A program made the translations under genes and the position numbers. A stretch of DNA of 64,000 nucleotides from Geosiphon pyriformis uo1. Taxonomy: Eukaryota > Fungi > Glomeromycota. Shown piece after piece: positions 1 through 15,329 of the stretch (positions are counted from its first letter, which is position 1; each line of letters opens with the position of its first letter). The DNA lies in contig JAAOMT010000703.1 of assembly GCA_016748015.1 (NCBI GenBank), positions 496,001 to 560,000 of the forward strand, written 5' to 3'. The notes beneath the pieces were generated by a model. The model saw only the letters and a program-made list of their open reading frames with translations, was not told the origin of the DNA and made no database searches.

Positions 1-249
1 CAAAATAAGAACAATTAGGCAAAGTCTAAGATAAGCTGAAATCTCTTAAGATTCTAAATATCTGGAAAAATAGAACCAATAAAAATCTCTTTAGAAATCT
101 TAATAATATTTTTAATAAGATTGTGGATGGAAATTTTGAAGTGTTTGTGGACTTTGGTAAATATATATAAGTTAACAACATTAGTTAAAAAACAAATTTA
201 TAAATTAGTTTTAAATAATAAAGCTTGATTCTAAATTTTCCAATACACT

Positions 250-1047
250 TTTAGAATATATTATTAATATAGAGAAATAAAAATAATCATGTCAATATAA
301 ATGAATTTTATTTTATCATTGTTATTTTCTATAAAATAACCGGTATGTTTTTTTTTCTACTTAATCTGAATTCATTAACTCTTTAAACAATAAAACTTAA
401 TTCTTTGCACATAGTAATTGAAGTTAATAATATTATTTTTACAAAAGACAAAAAAATAGCTTGGGCAATCTTTTTTTGTAATTCAATTATATAGGATTTA
501 TTAGAATTGTTTTGTAATATTATAACAATGTTTTTTGTATATTCCAAGTTGATAATTTCTTTTTTTATGTTGATTTTTTTTTGTAAAGCTAAATTGAGAT
601 ACAACTTGGACTATAATACTAATAAGAATTTTTAAAGCTATTTTCATATTTATTTTTACAAAGAAATAGAGTGCTATAACTATGAAGGATTGTTTAGAAT
701 ATTTTAAATCAAATTCAGTATTATTTTTATGTGTCTTTTTAATATATATTTTATTATTATTATTATTATTATTATACCACTTTAATTGTAATTCTTTGGA
801 AAAATTAAAATAGACAAGATATTGTTTTATTTTGGTAATCTTACTTGGCTCTTAAAATAACATGTTTTCAGCTATAAGTTTATATTTTTTTTTATGTTTT
901 GGTAGTTTAGAGATAGAATATAGTGTTTTTGGGTGTGAATTAAACAAGAAATCACACTTATCACAATACTAAAAATAACAAGAAATTAGACAATAATTGT
1001 ATAGTTTTGTATTAAGATTAGCTAGTTTTTGTTTCTGTTTTTCTTAA
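250..1047 (-). mobile_element. Decayed Ty3/Gypsy pol fragment (Cys-rich region + dUTPase)
   Basis: ORF 383..604 (ILQNNSNKSYIIELQKKIAQAIFL) matches the dUTPase motif-4 region of other copies; CxxC remnants near 950-1000. Confidence 0.75.
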
Positions 1048-1367
1048 TGTTACAGATAATTATTTGGGGTGTTAAAACAAATAACAAACCCATAACTTGG
1101 TGCTCAATAGCTGAAAATATTGGTAATTTCTAAAGGTTTTAAAGTCTAAAAGTTTTGATTAAGTTCTTTATATAATGCACAAAAATTCAATTAATAATTT
1201 TTTTTGTGAATTTCTTTTTTCAGTATAATGGCCAGTTGTGCTCTTTTGATAAGCTATCTTTAAATTTTTACCCTTATTCCCAGATTTTTTATCAGGCTAT
1301 TCTTGATGTCAAATACTTAGTATTTAATTTCTTTAATCAATTAGTAAACAACAAAAAAATAAAACAA

Positions 1368-1399
<32 letters not shown>

Positions 1400-1884
1400 T
1401 AAAAAATTAGTATCTTGTTAATAGCTGTGATCAAAAGCTATTGGTCTAATATAGTTAAGTATTGAATTCTATTAACATAAAATATTGATAGAATAAAAGC
1501 AATTAATATTTCTTAATTAAATGACAATAATATAAATTTAGAAGATAATTGATATTTTATTAATATGTAATTTGATTCCACTTCAAGTTATAGAAAACTA
1601 TTTTTTAAAGAAAGAGGTATAAGATAACTAATAGATTATAATATTGATTTTGAACTGAGTTCTTAGAGGGATTTTTTTTTGTTTCTAATACTCTTACTAT
1701 ATATACTTAATTAGTATTATACAAGATTCCTTGAATTTTTTTAATTTTTTTAACCAGAAATCTTGAAATTTCTGGAATTTTATAATTCCTTAAGAGGAAT
1801 TCTGAAATTTTTCTTTTACTATGCCTAATTTTAATTGATTATTTTATCTTCTTATTAAGAATTCCTAAATTTTTATAAGTAATA
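1048..1884 (-). repeat. LTR, divergent subfamily, joining two non-contiguous pol fragments (no TSD)
   Basis: TGTTACA at 1048 and GTAATA at 1884; same internal hairpin module, TATA and GGAATT array as other LTRs; closest to 9990-10813. Confidence 0.8.
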
Positions 1885-3072
1885 ATAACTACTATTATGT
1901 ATTAATTGTCTTTATTGGTTATAGTTAATGGTCTAATTAAGTTAATTCCAATTCAATCAAATAATTGTTTTATTTTAATTGGTTTTAATGATTTATTGGG
2001 TTTTTTTTTTTTTTTTTGATAAGTATTACAATTTTAAACATATTGAATGATATCTAAATATATTAATAACCAATAGTATTTTTTTTAATTCTTTTTATGA
2101 TTACTTCTTTATAAAAGTGTTCTGCTGTTAAATCTGAGTTTATGTTAAATAGTATTGTTTTTTTTTCTGGTTTATAATTATTTTAAATGACTGATCTAGA
2201 TTTTTTTTGTTTTTTCAATATAGTATTTTAATAAGTAATAAAATATTTTGATTGTTGTTTTATGTGGTTTTGTTCTTTTTAAGATAAATTTACCTTGAAT
2301 TATTAAGTATTAATGTAATATTGGAGTTGTTAGTATTTTTGTGTATTTATCTATTGTTATATTTTTAGATTAAAATGTTTTTAGATTTGTCTCATTTGTA
2401 ACAAATCATTAACATTTTTTTTTTTTTTATAGTGTACTATATAATTAAATAATGAAAATTTTATTTTCTATTTTACATGACAATTGTCTTCAAATTTTTG
2501 CTTCTGAATTAATGTTAATTTTTTGTAATCAGTATATACATCAAATTTTTAACTTAAATATTTTTTTTATTTCATAATAGTCTAATATATAGCTAAATAC
2601 TTTAGTACTAAAGTTTTATAGTTTTTTTTAGCTAAACTCAAACTTTAGCTAATATATGCTATTGAATGTTTTCATCTATTTAATTTTTTTTATAATAATA
2701 CTACTCCTAATATTTGATCAGATATATTAGTAATAATAATAAATAGTTTATTGTAATCTAAATAGATTAATACTAAAGCTTAAATAAGCTTTTTTTGTAG
2801 TATGTTAAAAGTTTTTTATTGGTTTTTTGTCTATTCATATTTGATGTTTTTTGCTTAAAGCTAATAAAGTGATTGAGCCAATTTAGAGAAGTTTTGGATA
2901 AAGTAATAATAATATTTAGTAAATCTTAAAAATGTTCTTAGTTCTATCAAATTTGTTAGTACTAAAAAGTTTTTAACTATTTTGATTTTGTTTGAATCTG
3001 TTTTAATGTCATTTTTGTTCATAATATGTCTCAAAAACTTGAGTTCAGTTTTTTCAAAAAAATACTTGGTGG

Positions 3073-4763
3073 TATTACAAGTGATTATTTGGGGTCTTAA
3101 AGCAAATAACAAACTCGTAACTTGGTGCTTAATTGATATGCTGATGTTGGTAATTTCTGAAGGTGTGTTTTTCTGAAGGTTTTGGTTGAGTTCTTTGTAT
3201 AATAGACAGAGATTTAATTGATTGCTTTATCCATAGCTTCCCAAAACTGCTGTTTTGTCAATTTTTTTTTTAGCGTGATGGCCAGTAATCCTCCTGGTAA
3301 GCTATTTTCAATCAAGTGTTCTACTTTTATTTCTGGGTCTTTTACTAGTCATTTTATTCTAACATCAGTACCCCATGCATTAATCTTCAATAGAGTTAGT
3401 AAACAATAAACAAAGAAAATAAAAGAAATCAAAGAAAATGAAGTAAGAAAATAAGCCAAGACAATGATAGTTAGTATCTGTCAATAGCCATGATTAAGAG
3501 CTATTGTTCTAGTGTAGTTAAGTATTAATTATTATCAACATGAAGTGTTGATAGTGAAGAGTAGATTTGAAATAAAAAATAAGTATTTATTGATATTTGT
3601 GAGTTGGAAGGTCACTTAGATTAAATCTAAACTAAGAGGTCTGTTTTTTTTACTTCTAATGCTACTGCTATATATACATAATTGAGATTCCTCAATTTCT
3701 CAATTTTTCATACCAAGAATTCTGTAATTCTTTTGAGAAGAATTCTGCAATTCTGGAATCCTGCAATTCCTTATACAAGAATCCTAAATTTCTGAAACTC
3801 TGCAATTCCTCTAAGAGAAATCCTAGAATTCTACATTTACTATGATGTTACAGGTAATTATTTGGTGTCTTAAATTAAATTACAAACCTGTAACTTGGTG
3901 CTTGATTGATATTTTTGGTGTTGGTATCTAAAGGTTTTGTTGATCTGAAGGTTTGATTGTGAAGTTTTTTGTATAATAGACAGAGATTCAATAGTTGTTT
4001 TCAGTAATCTTCTGGAATCACAATTCTATCAAATTTCTTTTTTAGTGTAGTGGCTGATAATTCTTCTGGTAAGCTATCTTCAAATTTATAAGTATTCTAT
4101 TCTTGTTTTACGGATTTTTTATCAGTCCTTATGACATTTGTATCTCAGCACTTTCCCTTTAATCAATTAGTAAATAACAACAATAAAAAGAAAATAAAAA
4201 ATAAAAAATAAAAGAAAATAAAAAAGTAGAAATAAGCCAAGGCAATAATAGTTAGTATTTCGTCAATAGCCATGATCAAGAGCTATTGTTTTAGTGTGGT
4301 TAAGTATTAATTATTATCAACATGAAGTGTTGATAGTAGAGAGTGGATTGAAAATAGAAAAAAATTATTTATTAATATTTGTAAGTTGGAAGATTGTTTA
4401 GATTAAATCTAAACTAAGAGGTCTGTCTTTTCTACTTCTAATACTATCACTATATATACATAATTGAGATTCCTCAATTTTTCAATTTTTTATACCAGGA
4501 ATTCTGAAATTTCTGGAATCCTGCAATTCTTCTAAGAGGAATTCTAGAATCCTGGAATTCTGTGATTCCTTGTATAAGAATCCTAAAATTTCTGGAATTC
4601 TGGAATTCTTTTGAGAGGAATCCTGAAATTTCACATTTATTATAACTACTTCTGATTGGCTAATTTATATGCTAATATACTTTTTATATTCTATAAGTAA
4701 CAATGATTACTTTTAATTGGCTAATTTATATGCTAATATACTTTCTATATTTTATAAGTAACA
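3073..4763 (-). repeat. Solo LTR inserted in RT, TSD GTGG, itself interrupted by a second solo LTR
   Basis: ttgGTGG|tattaca ... gtaaca|GTGGcattt; RT sequence resumes colinearly. Confidence 0.9.
3846..4702 (-). repeat. Solo LTR nested within solo LTR, TSD ATGA
   Basis: tactATGA|tgttaca ... gtaaca|ATGAttac; the outer LTR resumes after it. Confidence 0.9.
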
Positions 4764-7700
4764 GTGGCATTTAACTTTAGCTCTGCTTTTTTTAATTTTT
4801 TAAATACTTGCTAAAAATAATAAAGATAATTGTTAAATGTTTTAAAAAACATATTGGTGTTATTTAAGTAAACTACTATTAATTTTTATAGTAATCTAGT
4901 ATAAACAATTTTTATTAACTGTTAAAAAGTAACTAAAATATTGATTAAGCCAAAAGACATAATTTCAAATTTAAAGTTTTTTTTTTGTAATAAATGTTGT
5001 TTTCTTCTTGTCAGTTAAATTTATGGCTACTTGTCAATAATCACTATCTAAGTTTAATATTAAAAACCATTTCTTTTTTCCAAAAACATTAAATAGTTTT
5101 TGGATCTATAGAGTAAAATAATTGTTTCTATAAGTAATACTGTTAAGTTTTCTATAATTCATGCAAAAATGAATCTTTTTAGACAAATACTACTGGTAAT
5201 AACCATAGATTTATTGATGGTTAAATTAATTTATTGTTTAATATTCAGTTGATTTTTTGATAAATAATATTATAGCTAATAAGTAATACTTAATATGTTT
5301 TTTGTTTTATTAGCATTGTATCTTTAGTTTTGATCTGGTTCTAAATAATATCAGTTCTGCCAAATTTATTTTTACCCACAAAAATATTAATAAAATTGTT
5401 AAATAATAACTTGAGTTACATATATTAAAATAAGTCTAAGTTTTTTAAGTTTATTTGTTTCAACTGTTCTGATTATAACAAATAGCATTTTTTTTATTTG
5501 TAAATTAATTTTAATATAATATCTACATATCTACACAGTTATGAAAAATCTGAAATAATAATTGGTGCTTGATTTTTAACTTTAGTGCTTAAGTATCTAA
5601 TAGTAGTTCTGCTTGGTATTTTTATTGGATCTCTAATTATATTATATATTAGAATCTTAATGTGTTTATGATTTTTGGCTAATATGTAAAGATTAATGAT
5701 AGCAATCTTTTCTAATTTACAAATGATAAGATCTACTTCAAAAATTTGGAGTTAATTTTTTACTTATTTCTCTATAGTTAATATATATTGATTATATGGT
5801 AAGATAGAAATTAATTGATTAATAAAGATAATTTTTTTCTGATTAATTGTTTTTTTATTATATTAATTGATATCTCTATTTTACTTGTGGATCTAAATTT
5901 TTTTATTCTTTTTGCCATAATTTTTAACTCTTTTCTTGTTTTCACTAATATTAACTGAATTATTTTTACCAAAAATAAGAATATTGTTTGTGCTATTTTT
6001 TATTTAGTTTAATAGTATATGCTTTTTTTGATTTGTTTTGTAGTATTGTAATAATTTTTTCCATATATTTTGCATCAATTATTCCTTCTCTAATATTGAT
6101 TTTTTTTACTAAACTAGATCTAAATGTTAATTAGATTATTGTTGTTTTTAAAATTTTCAGTATTATTTTTAAATCTATGTTAGTATATGAATAAAGTTTT
6201 AATTTGATGACAGTTTTCTCTAGATATCTGAAATCAAACTTTGTATTAGTATTATGTATATATTTTGGCATAATACTTTCATTATTATTACTAAATTATT
6301 TAAGTTTCTGTTTTTTTGAGAGATTTAAAAGCACAATATATGTTTGAATTTGAAATTGAAGTTTAAATTTTTGTTGCTGTTGTTGTTATTGTGGATGAAA
6401 TTGAAACCATTGTTGTTGTCATTATTGGAGTTGAATCATGATTGAATTTTGATTCTAATTCTGAAGTGCACTTATTAATTAGTTTTTTTTTTTAGAGATC
6501 AAATAAATTATGCATGATAATAGATTATAAATAAGATTATAATTGTTACAATATTTGAAGTCACTGAAAATTAGATAGTATTTACAAAGTTTAGGGTTTA
6601 ACTGTTCTAAATACTGCTTTTGCTTTTTTTGAATAGATGCTAGATTTTGGTAATGTTTATGGAATTGCTTAAAATTGCTCAGAATATTAACAAAAATATT
6701 TAGATTTGGGATAAAAATGATTTTAATAAGTTTTAATGAATTGTTTTTAATTGCTAATATTTTGTTAAATAAAGTATTTTTGACTTTAGTACTTGTTATT
6801 TTTCAGATTTTATCTTTATTATGTGGATAACGGTTTAAACATAAAAAAGCTTTGTTTTATATAGCATTAAAAAATGTTTTTTTAATTATCTAGTCACTAA
6901 TAAGAATCATATATTGACACAATATATTACATATTTTTTTACAACCAGAAATATTATTTCATATTTTTTTATTAAGTAGTATTTCTTTACAAGCAAAACA
7001 TGATTTATTGTTTTACTTTTTCTGTTATTTTAAATATCTAAAACATTTTTGGTAATATGCTTTACAGTAGTAGCAAGTTTTTGTTTCATAGTTTTTTTTG
7101 GTAAGATTTAAGTTCTCATAAAGGAAAGTTTTTTCTTGCAGTCTTTGTATTTAAATGGAATATAAAATAGTTGTTTTCTTGGTTCTGAAGTTAAATATAG
7201 TTTATGCTAACTACTGGCTGTGTTTTTAATAGTGGTGGCTTAAGATTTGTCTTTTTTTTTTTCTTTTTTTTTGTTGTTCTAAGAGAGTATTAGTAATAAC
7301 TTATTGTGATCATTTTTAGTTCATAAAACTTAATAGACTTTTTAAGTAGGTTTTTTTTTTTAAGCTTAATCAATAGTTGCTTTCTTAAAGAAGTTTTAAA
7401 GTAATTGCAAATAACAAGTACTCAAATATGCTGATTATTAAATGTTAACTAGAGCTTTTGAATGTTTTAGTCTAATATAATATTGGTTTTGGACAGTCAG
7501 TTATTACTAATAAGAGCTTAATACTATATGGCTTCTATAACTAAAACTTTAATAGATATAATAATACTATTGGCTTCAAACAGAAAGTCATTAATTTTGT
7601 TAATAAATGTTTTTGTTGTTTCATTGGTAGTGATAATTCTAGTATTGACAGCTCAATTAACTTAGTAACTTAATTAGTTTATAAGTTATTGTGTAATAAT

Positions 7701-10700
7701 ATTGTTTGCTAACATACTATTAAAGATTAATTTAATAGATTGGCCATCAACTTTAACATTAATATACATTATAATAATTGGTTTAGTGTCAAAAATAGTT
7801 CTATTGAATAGAGATGTTGTTGCTGATTTTTTTAATTCAAAAAGAAATATAATAACAAATAATTTGTCTTCTATAATAGTTGTTGTTAAAATGTTATTAG
7901 TAAATAGTTGTTTTGATAATTTTAGATTGTTGAATTGGGTATTTTTTGGAATAACCAAAAGACTTAAATAGTTTTAAAAATTCGGGTTTTGGGTATATTC
8001 ACTTCCTAAATTTCTTTGGTAAAATTTTAATAACTGGTTTGATAAACTGAAAATTAGTTAATACATAATTATTACTGATTTTTAATTTTGTTGAATATGG
8101 ATAATTTTCAGTTTTTAAATTCTACTTAATATTAACACAGTATTTTAGAATAGTATTTGAATTAGTTAGAACTAATAGATTACTTGTAACTGTAGTTAAT
8201 ATATTATTGATACTAAAGTTTGATAAATAAAAGATAAGTATATTGATTATTGTGTAATTGGTGCATAATAAAATTGGTATTGGTATGAGTCTAATAACAA
8301 ATTGTTGGCATAGTTTGAAAATCTGTAATTAGAGTTTTAATATTAATTTCTCAATTATTGGTTATTTTTTTTGCCTTATAATCCATTTTTAAGTGTTTTT
8401 GTTTATTATAATAGTGGCAAATACACATTTTTTATTGCCATAGTTGATTTGGTAATAATAATTAATTCAACTAATTTTAAAACCAATTAAAGTTTTCTAA
8501 ATTGTTGTAATATTAAGGAGGCTAATAGATTGCTTGATTGTTAGCTAAGTATTTTACAATTTTCTAATTAATAGTTTTGCCAAATTGTTTTAATTTGGTA
8601 TTTAATTTAGGTGATTCATTTATTACTAGATTTACAACTTAGACATAGTTGGCTTCAAGTTCAGCCAATTCAAAATTTTTGGTGTAAGTAACTGCATTTT
8701 AAAGTGTGTTTAAATACAATAGATATACTTGTTATAACAAACTGCTATATAATCTACAAATAAATTGATTTAGAATCTATAATGCTATAAAGTAATTAGT
8801 ATTTATGGCTTAAATTTGGCACAGATTTTGGTAAAAGTGTTTTAAGTAAATAGTAACTGCTTTATTATTGCCTTGCTTGATAATAGTAAAACCAATTAAC
8901 AAGTGATTAATGCTGTTATGATTACTAAAATATTGTAAAAACACTGTTTTAAACATAATAAAATCTTGGAATTTGTTTATAAGACTTTAATACTATAAGT
9001 TTACAGTATTTTACAAAAAGTATAAGATGACTTGAAAAGCTCTGATGTCATCTTATCTATTGGCTGTAATGGCTTTTTTATGTTGTTTAGTCATGTTTTG
9101 ACATTATTTTTTTATTAGTAAATTTTTCAAGTTTGGCAATTAGTATATATATTATTTATATAAGTTATTGTTATTGTATTGTTAAAAAATAACAATTAAT
9201 GTTATTGATGATTAATAAATTAAAATAACTGGAAATAAATGTTGTTAAAAAATAAGAGCTGGATTTGAATTGTTCAAGTTTAGCTGAGTTTAAACAATTA
9301 AAGTTTAGATTTTCAGGTTATTTAAGATTGGGTTTTAATTATTATTTTTTTAATCACTGTCTTTTTTTTTTTCTAAATTGGTGTTTGTCCAATTACTAAT
9401 AGATTCGAAATTTGGTTGAAATAGTAGTAATCAAAGTTCTAATAATGTTGTTGATTATAATTTAAACTCTTTAAAAAAATTGCTGTAGATTTTTAATAAT
9501 TTGGTTTTCTTTTAATTATTTTAAAATAGTATTTATGCTAATGGTGTTTTTGTTATTAACAGTAATATAAATTTGAATGATATGTAAATAATATTTCTTA
9601 ATATATAATAATAAGATAAATGTAATGGAAAAACAACTTTGGGTTTCTTCTAGTTAGAAGTTTGTATTGGTTTAGATGTATTTGCTAGTGTTTGTATTTT
9701 GTTATTGTTTTTGTTCACAAATATTATTGGAAACTTTTGTTGCATGTATTTTTCAATTTTGTAATTGATTTTAGTAATAATTGGAATGAAATTGTAATTC
9801 AATAATAAGCTAGTGTATTAAAGTAATTCATTATAGAAATTGTCTTTTGCTAATTTAAAATCTGTTTGTTCTTTTAGAAATGTACAATTCTCTTATTGAC
9901 ATAGAAATTAAAAACTAATTTAACTAGAAAATAATTATTGATGTTAGTGTTAATTTTTTGTTAAATTATATCTTATAGAAAACACCAAATATTATAAATA
10001 ATTATTTGGGATGTTAAAACAAATAACACATTCATAATTTAGTGCTTAATAGCTGATTATAGTAATTTTTAAAGATTTTGGTTGAGTTTTTTGTATAATA
10101 GACAAAAATTTAATTAATGATTTTTTTTTCAATTTCTGTTTTTAGCATGATAACTGGTTTATTCTGACAGTTATGCTTTTTTGATAAGCTATTTTTAAGT
10201 TTTTTACTTTTGTTTTACAGGTTTTTTATCAGACTATTCTTAATGTTAATTATTTAATGCTTAATTTCTTAATCAATTAATAACAACAAAAAAATAAAAA
10301 AATAAAATAAAATAAAATAAAAAAATAAAATAAAAATTAGTATCTTATCAATAACTATAATTAAAAACTATTGGTTTAATATAGTTAAGTATTGAATTCT
10401 ATTAACATAAATTATCAATAAGATGAAAGTGACTAATATTTTTTAGTTAAGTAATACAAACATGGATTTGAATAATAATAGATAATTTTATTAGTATGAG
10501 AATAATTTTACTTTAAATTATAAAAAATTATCTTTTAAAGAGAGAGGTATTAGATTATTTATTACTAGCTATTGTTTTTGTTAACTGTTCTAAATACTAA
10601 TTCTGCTTTTAATATTCTCATTATATATACATAATTTGTATTATACAAAATTTTTTAAAAATTTTAATTTCTCTGAAAAGAATTTTGAAATTTTGAAATT

Positions 10701-10813
10701 TTGAAATTTTGAAATCTTGCAATTTCTCAAAAAGAATTCTAAATTTTTTTTTACTATGTTTCCTTTTTATTGGTTATTTTTTATCTATTATGATTTTTAT
10801 TTCTATAAATAAT

Positions 10814-12090
10814 ACTGTTTTCATTAAAATCTTTATTTAAGACCATAAAAGTACTAGTATTAACTGTTTTAACAATACAAAAGTTGATTTTTACAGTTTA
10901 ATCAAACCTAATTTCAACAGAAATACCAGTATATAAATTTAAAATTATAACTGAAAGCTTGCTTTTAAAGAAAAACTATACCAAAATAACCTAACTAAAA
11001 ACTTTTTATATTTTAAAAACATATTGAATCAAAAAATTTTTTATAACAATAGCCATACCAGTACCAAAAATATTTCTATTCAAACCAAATTTAAAGATTC
11101 ACATTCTATTAAACTTATTTACAATCTATAGTCTAACACTAGATCTTAATTTTGTTTCTGTGATAATAAAAACCATATTTTTCAAGTTTGTATACCAATA
11201 AACAATGTCTTTCTGCTTTATAAAAACATTGATATCTCAAACATTATATGTAGTAAACTTCTATACTAAATTAGTTATTGAAATAATAAGAGCATTAAAG
11301 AGTCTAAACCAAAACACAACTGATTTAACTTTGTCAAAACTGAATTAACTAAAACTTTTAAAACTATTATTTTTGATTTTAAGTCATTTATCTTGGTGGT
11401 TAAAATCTTTAATTTACTTAAACCTAAATTTAAAATCTTATTATTTGTAACTAAAAAAGAAGAAATAAGCAATACAAATAGGTTATTTAAAACCATATCT
11501 AAATCCAAATTTAAATTTAATAATACAGATATAATAAAAAAAAAAGATTAAAAAACAGACACCAAAGACATTAAATCTATAAAGCTTAATCTTTGCACAA
11601 TGTTTAATATCTGATCTGCCAAAAACTTTAAGAAGTATTCCAAAAACATTAAGCAAACACTAATAAATAAATTATTTTAAACAACCAAAAGACTTTTTTT
11701 AATATACAATCTGATTAGTTGAAAACAATTTTTTTTTGAAGCAATTTTTTTAAAAAAATTTTTAAAAAACAAGATAAACATAGCTAATACATTATATTTC
11801 AAAGCCAAATTTTTAAAATGGTCACACTTTTTACAACAAACCAAACTTAATCTGATCTATAAGAGTTTTATACTACCAAAAATAGACTCTATACAAAAAA
11901 CAGTTTTAAGTTTCTCATCTGACTCAAACCCAATTACAGTACAATAAATTTTATTGTTAATATTAAATAATCTGTTAATAACACAAGTTTTTTTACCAGT
12001 TCCTTCTAACAAAACATCCAAATTATAAGCAGTTGTTTCTACCAGCAAAGTAAATAAAAATGTCTTAAACCAATTTTTTAACATTTAAGT
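10814..12090 (-). mobile_element. Decayed LINE fragment: ORF1 C-terminal part and start of APE endonuclease
   Basis: ORFs 11857..12084 and 11275..11508 resemble ORF1 of the 23.4-25.2 kb LINE; downstream FTTYNV...IITETKL matches the APE domain-I/II pattern. Confidence 0.75.
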
Positions 12091-12449
12091 ATTATGATTA
12101 TTTATAGTTTTGGTTATATGTACAGAATTTTTTTTAATTTTGATGCTATTTAAAAATTTTACTAAAAATTAACTTAAAAATAATAATTGAAATTTTGTTA
12201 AGAGTAATAATTTAAATAATATTACAATTAAGCTTTACAAGAAAAAAATAAGTGTGCAAAAAAAAGTAATTAATTCCAAATATACAAAAAACTTAATGGT
12301 TTTATTGCAAAACAATTTAAAAAAACCATATATTATTAAGTCTAAAAAAAAATTGCATTAACAATTTTTTTACTATTAAAATATTATTAATTTACACTAA
12401 AAAAAATTGGCTAAATTAAATATTAAAACAATAAATCTTAACTAACAAT

Positions 12450-13610
12450 AATAATTAAAAACATTAATTTTAAAATACTTTGATATATTTTTATAAAATA
12501 GCAAATTTTAAAAAAACTAACTTGGTTTAACACCAAATTTTTATTAAAAATACCAGACTTAAAAAACAATATATTTATTATGTCTTATTAATAAAACATA
12601 ATTTTATCAAAAAAAAAGTTAAAAAAATTTTAAAAAAATAATAATTTAATTATTAATAAGTTTATGGTTTTTATTAATTGTTTTAGTAAAAAAAAAATAG
12701 AAAAATTGGATTTTGCATTAATTATTACAAACTAAACAGCAAAACAATTAAAAATTTATATCTTATACTGTTAATTAACAAAATTTTTAATATTTTTGAA
12801 AAAACAAAATGGTTTTTTATATTTGATTTAATTAATAAATATTAGCAAGTAGAAATATATTCAAAAAACAGACATAAAACAGCATTTACAACACAAAATA
12901 ACAATTATAAATTTAATATAATGCTATTTAGATTAACAAATACTTTCACAATATTTTAAAACTAATAGACATAATTTTATTCTAAAATTTTATAGCAATC
13001 TATTATTGTTTACTTAAATAATATAAATGTTTTCTTACCAAAATTCATGAATTATCTTCAATATTTACAACAAGTTTTTGAAAAATTAAGACATATTAAA
13101 CTTAAATTAAATTTAAAAAAATATTTTTTTAGAAAAAATAAGCTAGTATTTTTAAAACATATAATTAAAAAAAATAAAATAAAACCAAATTTATTAAAAA
13201 TAAATAAAATAAAAATTTTTTTAGTATTTAACAAAAAAATTTATTTTGGTTATAGATGTTTTTAGAACTAAACTTAAAGCTATTTTTTTACAAAAAAATG
13301 ATAATAGAAGAAAATATGTAATTGTTTATATCAGTAAAAATTTCAGTATAATAAAACAAAACTATACAATACATAAACTAGAATACTTAGCAATAGTTTG
13401 AAGTTGTGTTTACTTTGATACTTATTTACAATACAAATCTTTTAATATTATTACAGATCATAGAGATTTGATCTGATTAAATAACAAAAAAACATTAAAA
13501 AAAATACACCAGATAATCACAAATATTAGCACTATATAATTATATTATTAAATACAAAAAAAGTATTAAAAATGCCAATACTGATTATTTATTAAAAATA
13601 AAACACACAT
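12450..13610 (+). mobile_element. Second, distinct and very decayed Ty3/Gypsy RT-RNase H remnant
   Basis: WF..FDL...Y.QV remnant ~12810-12855; ORF 13047..13265 (LQQVFEKLRHIKLKLNLKKYFF); LEYLAIV...FNIITDH at 13378-13461. Confidence 0.7.
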
Positions 13611-15329
13611 AAAAATTATTAATACACTTATTATAAAAACAATAAACAATTATCTTTACAAAAACCTTAACTAATACTTAAAAAACACTTAAATATATAA
13701 ATATTATATTTAAAAGACTCAATTAAAATATTTAATAAAACAACAACTCATTAATTAGAAAGTTTTTTTAGAAAAATCAATAGTATATTTTATTCAAAAT
13801 ATTTAAAAACTGTCACAAAATATTGTTAGATTTAATTATAAACATAATAATAACTAATAGTATTAAATAACTTATTAACTTAAAATTTTAAGAATTAAAA
13901 TAACAAGTTAATAATACAGTATTAAATTACTATACTAATTTAAAATTCAATAAAAAAATTAATTTTAATTTTAATAAAACTCAATCTTAAAAAAAAAAAT
14001 ATTATTATGGTTTAAAAATTAGCAAAAGAATTACAAAATAACATAAATTATTCAATCATAATATAGCACAGTAATAATTTTAAAAAGATAATAATTAACA
14101 TAATAGTAAATACTATTTTACAATAATAGCAAGCATTAATTTGCAATAATAGCAAACACCAACTAATAATAGCAGCAAATATTAGATTAAAATTTTAAAA
14201 AAAAGTAATACAATATTTTTTTTTATAGAATTATAAATATATATATATATAGTAGTTTTAATATTAAAAAAAACAATAATTTATTTAACAATTTATTCAA
14301 TAGTTTCTACTTTAATTATTTTTTAGTCTTTACTTTTAAAATAAATATTCAAAAAAATTTTAATTAAAAAAAAATAAAAAAAATATTAAAAACTAAATTA
14401 TCATAATTTAAAATATTAAAAAACTTATTTGTATTATTTATTAAATAAAACTAATATTTATTAACTAAATTTTTTAAAAAAATAATCTCTAATTAAGATT
14501 ATTTATGTTATTATTAATTAATAAAAAATTTTATTATAAGAATTAAAAAAAGTATTAAAAATTATTAATATTTTGTATTTTTAGATTAAAAAAATACTTT
14601 AAGCAATTGCAAAAATAGCTTCAAAGAAGATTTTATTACTACAGATAGATTTTTGAACTAGTCTTTGAGAAAAAGTACATAAATATATATACAATAATTA
14701 AAAATTAAGAAATAACTTATATTATAACATCAAAAAAAAAGTTTTTAATATAACAATAATATTATCACACAAATAAAATTAAAAAATTTATAAAAGATTA
14801 ATTGCAATTAAAATAAAATATCAATATTTAATATACCAAAAAAACTATTTTTAAGTTTATTATAAAAATAACAAAATTATGTTTAATATAAAATTAATTT
14901 TTTATTTAGCTGTTAAAACTTTTATTAATAATACAATTTAAGTTGAAAACTATTATATAACAATACAAAATATTTTAAATATTGTTAGTAAATTTTTTAA
15001 TATTATTAATATTTAATCTTAAATATACAATAATTTATTATTGAATACAGAACTTAGTTCAATTTTATTAGTAAAAGTATGTATAAAAAATAAGACTACT
15101 TAATTAAAAAAAAGTTAAACATAAATCCAATTTGTTTAAGAATTTTTTAAATAAAATTATATATTATTTTTATTTTTTTTTCATATATTTAATGAATGAA
15201 ATCCAAACACTGTCTAGTACAATACATTATACAAATGATCTAAATTAAGTGTGAATCATGCATTTTTTACACATAACCAGTCACTCAAATATTATCTATT
15301 ATTATATAATTTAAAACTATTTAATTAAG

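Larger units (their letters stand above)
1885..10813 (-). mobile_element. Heavily decayed Ty3/Gypsy element: 5' LTR 9990-10813, PBS, gag, PR, Cys-rich, dUTPase, RT, RNase H, truncated IN
   Basis: Colinear with 28581-38570; PR remnant in ORF 7686..7958 (VDGQSIKLIFNS), RT remnant in ORF 2861..3112, PBS remnant (AAACACCA on +) just inside the LTR at ~9980-9987. Confidence 0.85.

Noticed and set aside
1-250. Possible LINE remnant at window start
   Set aside because: Too short and decayed to assign
2982-3409. Small hydrophobic ORFs antisense to pol/LTR (also 7702..7971, 27930..28190, 56811..57017 and similar)
   Set aside because: Shadow ORFs of A-rich retroelement sequence, not conserved as open frames between copies
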